From: Breznakia sp.
Lineage (GTDB): Bacteria; Bacillota_I; Bacilli_A; Erysipelotrichales; Erysipelotrichaceae
Direction of reading: 5' to 3'
Assembly: GCA_045134375.1 (NCBI GenBank)
Contig: JBGUVL010000012.1
Span: forward strand, 2,845 to 66,844
DNA length: 64,000 nucleotides
Shown here: positions 62,342 through 64,000 of the stretch, piece after piece
How positions within the stretch are numbered: position 1 is the first letter of the stretch
Layout of the letters: every line of letters starts with the position of its first letter
Notes under the pieces: generated by a model
The model's input: the letters and a program-made list of their open reading frames with translations, nothing else
Databases searched by the model: none
Told to the model about the DNA's origin: nothing
Made by a program: the position numbers and the translations under genes

Positions 62342-62818
62342 TTATTCAAATAATTTGTTGATATCTTCAGGAGCAGTATCTGGAACTCGTTTAATTTCAA
62401 GTTCAACACCTAATTCCTGAAGTTTTCTAAAGGCAGCAACATCATCATCATTAACTGCAACAGAAGTAGCAACTTGACGTTTTCCTTCTGCCATGTGCAT
62501 GTTTCCGATGTTACATTTCTTAATTGGTACTCCACCTTCTACTAGACGTAATACATCTTGTGGTGTTTCACAAATAATAAAGATTTTCTGAGCAGGACTT
62601 GCTTTCCCAATGATCTGGCAAGTTTTCTCAATTGAGAAATATCTTGTCTGTGCATAGGCAGGTGCAGCCATGTTCATCAGACCCTGTCTGAATTCATCCT
62701 TAGAAACTGCATCATTTGCTACTAATAATAAGTTAGCGCCTAGTGTGCCTGACCATAAAGTCGCAACCTGACCATGGATCAAACGATTGTCAATACGTGT
62801 TAATAAAATATTTGGCAT
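62342..62818 (-). CDS. PTS mannose/sorbose-family EIIB component
   Basis: MPNILLTRIDNRLIHGQV carries the phospho-His motif of EIIB-Man. Confidence 0.9.
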   Translation of the reverse strand: MPNILLTRIDNRLIHGQVATLWSGTLGANLLLVANDAVSKDEFRQGLMNMAAPAYAQTRYFSIEKTCQIIGKASPAQKIFIICETPQDVLRLVEGGVPIKKCNIGNMHMAEGKRQVATSVAVNDDDVAAFRKLQELGVELEIKRVPDTAPEDINKLFE

Positions 62819-62852
62819 TTTTCTCTCTCCCTTCTATTGACTTGAAACGCAA

Positions 62853-62909
62853 GTTGTCATTTTGATAAATCAGGATGAGTCTGATTTGATGAGGTATCGC
62901 AATGACAAC
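62853..62909 (-). promoter_or_regulatory. Nested hairpin in the PTS operon 5' UTR
   Basis: Outer 9-bp stem GTTGTCATT/AATGACAAC encloses an inner 7-bp stem AAATCAG/CTGATTT. Lies 35-90 nt upstream of the EIIB start and has no T tract. Confidence 0.4.
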
Positions 62910-63048
62910 CCTTTCATTTCGTTATTAACTTACCACGATTTATATACCAAGTATTTACATTTTTTATTCGCTTCTTTGCACTTTTTATTAAATTTGTCAA
63001 AAATGAATGGTTTATGCTCATTTTTGATGTTTTTGATTAAATTTTTGT

Positions 63049-63063
63049 TTGTAAACGTTAACA
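63049..63063. promoter_or_regulatory. Candidate cre (CcpA) site in the divergent PTS/AraC intergenic region
   Basis: TTGTAAACGTTAACA fits WTGNAANCGNWNNCW, and its core TGTAAACGTTAACA is near-palindromic. Confidence 0.5.
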
Positions 63064-63170
63064 ATTTGTAATTTTTAACATTTTTTTAATCAATTAAGAT
63101 AAATCAATGGTATTTTTAATCTTATTTCCAAATTTTATAGCTTTTATTTGTCTAATTTTGTGTTTTATTA

Positions 63171-63202
63171 TTTGCATTTTTTAGTTTTTCGTTTGCATTT
63201 TT
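63171..63202 (+). repeat. Two direct repeats TTTGCATTTTT spaced 21 bp apart (a third, TTTGCACTTTTT, at 62975-62986)
   Basis: Exact 11-mers at 63171 and 63192, just upstream of the AraC-type gene. Candidate regulator half-sites or -35 elements. Confidence 0.35.
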
Positions 63203-63245
63203 GTGTTATTATTATCATAAGAATAGAAATTGAGGTGAAATCGCT

Positions 63246-64000
63246 ATGTTTAACAAAACAACAAGCTTTATTTTTCAAAAATATGGAGGCGTTCTTAGTG
63301 AAATTTCTAAGGTCCAATACCTTCAAATGAGTCACCAGGAGCTAAAAATTAAAAACAAAAGTATTGATACTTATTTTACTTATAATGATGATATCTATAT
63401 TCGTGTGAATGAAGGAATTGTTTTGCTTGTTGTCAGCAATGACATTAATGAGCCAAATTATGAACAATTCGTTATTCATCGCATCATAAAGATTAAAGCG
63501 AATGTATTTTTTAATTTCATTAGTATTACAAATAATTCTAAAGTTGAAATTATCTATGATTTTACAGCAAAAAGAAAACTTGTCCACACTTACAACAAGA
63601 TCCCAATTATCTACGAGCGGGTGGTCCCTAACATTACCACAAAGGAAATCTATGCCTATTATTACCAAGTTCGCAACGCAAATTATGATTTCCCTGGGGA
63701 ATCGCATAATCAATGGGAACTTACTTTCATCGATAACGGTGAATTAGAAACTTCCATTGATGCGGAATTCTATTCCTTGGAAAATTTTGATATTATTTTA
63801 TATGCTCCTGGGCAATACCATACCCAAAGTACATTAAGTAATAAATCCTGTAGTTATCTAACCATCATGTTTGACATGGAGTGTTCGCATCCGGAATTAA
63901 TCAGTAATCGCGTATTTCATGCCAACCGTGATATCCATTCTGCATTAAATAATTTTATTAAAGTAAGCACTAATCAAATTTATTATGATACGGATTTAAT
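63246..64000 (+). CDS. AraC-family-type regulator, N-terminal sensor part only (partial, runs off window end)
   Basis: Not in ORF track because there is no stop in the window. GAGGTGA then 7 nt then ATG at 63246, with an open frame to the window end. Translation MFNKTTSFIFQKYGGVLSEI... then ..GESHNQWELTFIDNGELETSIDAEFYSLENFDIILYAPGQYHTQ.. is typical of the AraC_binding cupin. The HTH domain would lie beyond 64000. Confidence 0.6.
   Translation, partial: MFNKTTSFIFQKYGGVLSEISKVQYLQMSHQELKIKNKSIDTYFTYNDDIYIRVNEGIVLLVVSNDINEPNYEQFVIHRIIKIKANVFFNFISITNNSKVEIIYDFTAKRKLVHTYNKIPIIYERVVPNITTKEIYAYYYQVRNANYDFPGESHNQWELTFIDNGELETSIDAEFYSLENFDIILYAPGQYHTQSTLSNKSCSYLTIMFDMECSHPELISNRVFHANRDIHSALNNFIKVSTNQIYYDTDL

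Noticed and set aside
63342-63713. 123-aa minus-strand ORF from the track.
   Set aside because: It lies antisense to a longer open frame with an RBS and recognisable AraC-cupin motifs. Its Ile/Asn/Phe-rich translation is typical of an AT-rich shadow.
1-64000. Searched by eye for CRISPR repeats, tRNA/rRNA genes, integrases, phage genes, toxin-antitoxin pairs and known defence-system signatures.
   Set aside because: Nothing found. There are no regularly spaced direct repeats, no tRNA T-arm/GTTCGAATC-type motifs, and every large ORF is explained by housekeeping or ordinary accessory functions. The only mobile gene is the IS91-family transposase.

Overview
AT-rich chromosomal segment of a low-GC Bacillota-type genome. 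An Erysipelotrichia/Mollicutes-related lineage is only a guess, based on no L30, a very long RpoB and Asn at the RpoB H526-equivalent. Almost everything is transcribed on the minus strand. The window holds the core translation and transcription neighbourhood in canonical order, read along the minus strand from high to low coordinates: (1) T-box(Cys)-cysS-mrnC-rlmB-sigH-rpmG-secE-nusG; (2) rplK-rplA-rplJ-rplL, a ybxB-like methyltransferase, rpoB-rpoC; (3) rpsL-rpsG-fusA-tuf; (4) the full S10-spc-alpha block from rpsJ to rplQ; (5) ecfA1-ecfA2-ecfT. Accessory blocks sit between these modules. Block 1 (2.4-12.1 kb): T-box-controlled amino-acid ABC transporter, VanY, CapA, methyltransferase, SRAP, ArsP_2 permease, decayed gldA, lipoprotein. 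Block 2 (26.7-29.1 kb): DUF308 protein, nitroreductase, TPP-riboswitch-controlled thiT. Block 3 (33.7-35.0 kb): DUF975 protein and an orphan EIIA-Glc. Block 4 (46.3-53.0 kb), splitting nusG from rplK: trkH-trkA, a hybrid histidine-kinase remnant, a Crp/Fnr regulator and an intact IS91-family HUH/Y2 transposase. The high-coordinate end carries a dCache-GGDEF cyclase, gap, a mannose-family PTS IIB-IIC-IID operon and a divergent AraC-type regulator that runs off the window. I saw no CRISPR array, tRNA, rRNA, prophage or recognisable defence system, and I cannot honestly claim a clear novel multi-gene system. The most unusual signals are: (a) three copies of a ~100-nt module (extended -10-like box plus two hairpins) around the IS91 transposase and its apparent cargo; (b) a 1-nt frameshift in rpmJ; (c) a Val replacing the invariant Asp of the DxxG motif in tuf; (d) RpoB with ~190 extra residues and Asn at the rifampicin-resistance position; (e) a T-box whose specifier looks like CGU (Arg) upstream of an amino-acid ABC transporter. 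All family calls come from reading the translations by eye; no database search was run.
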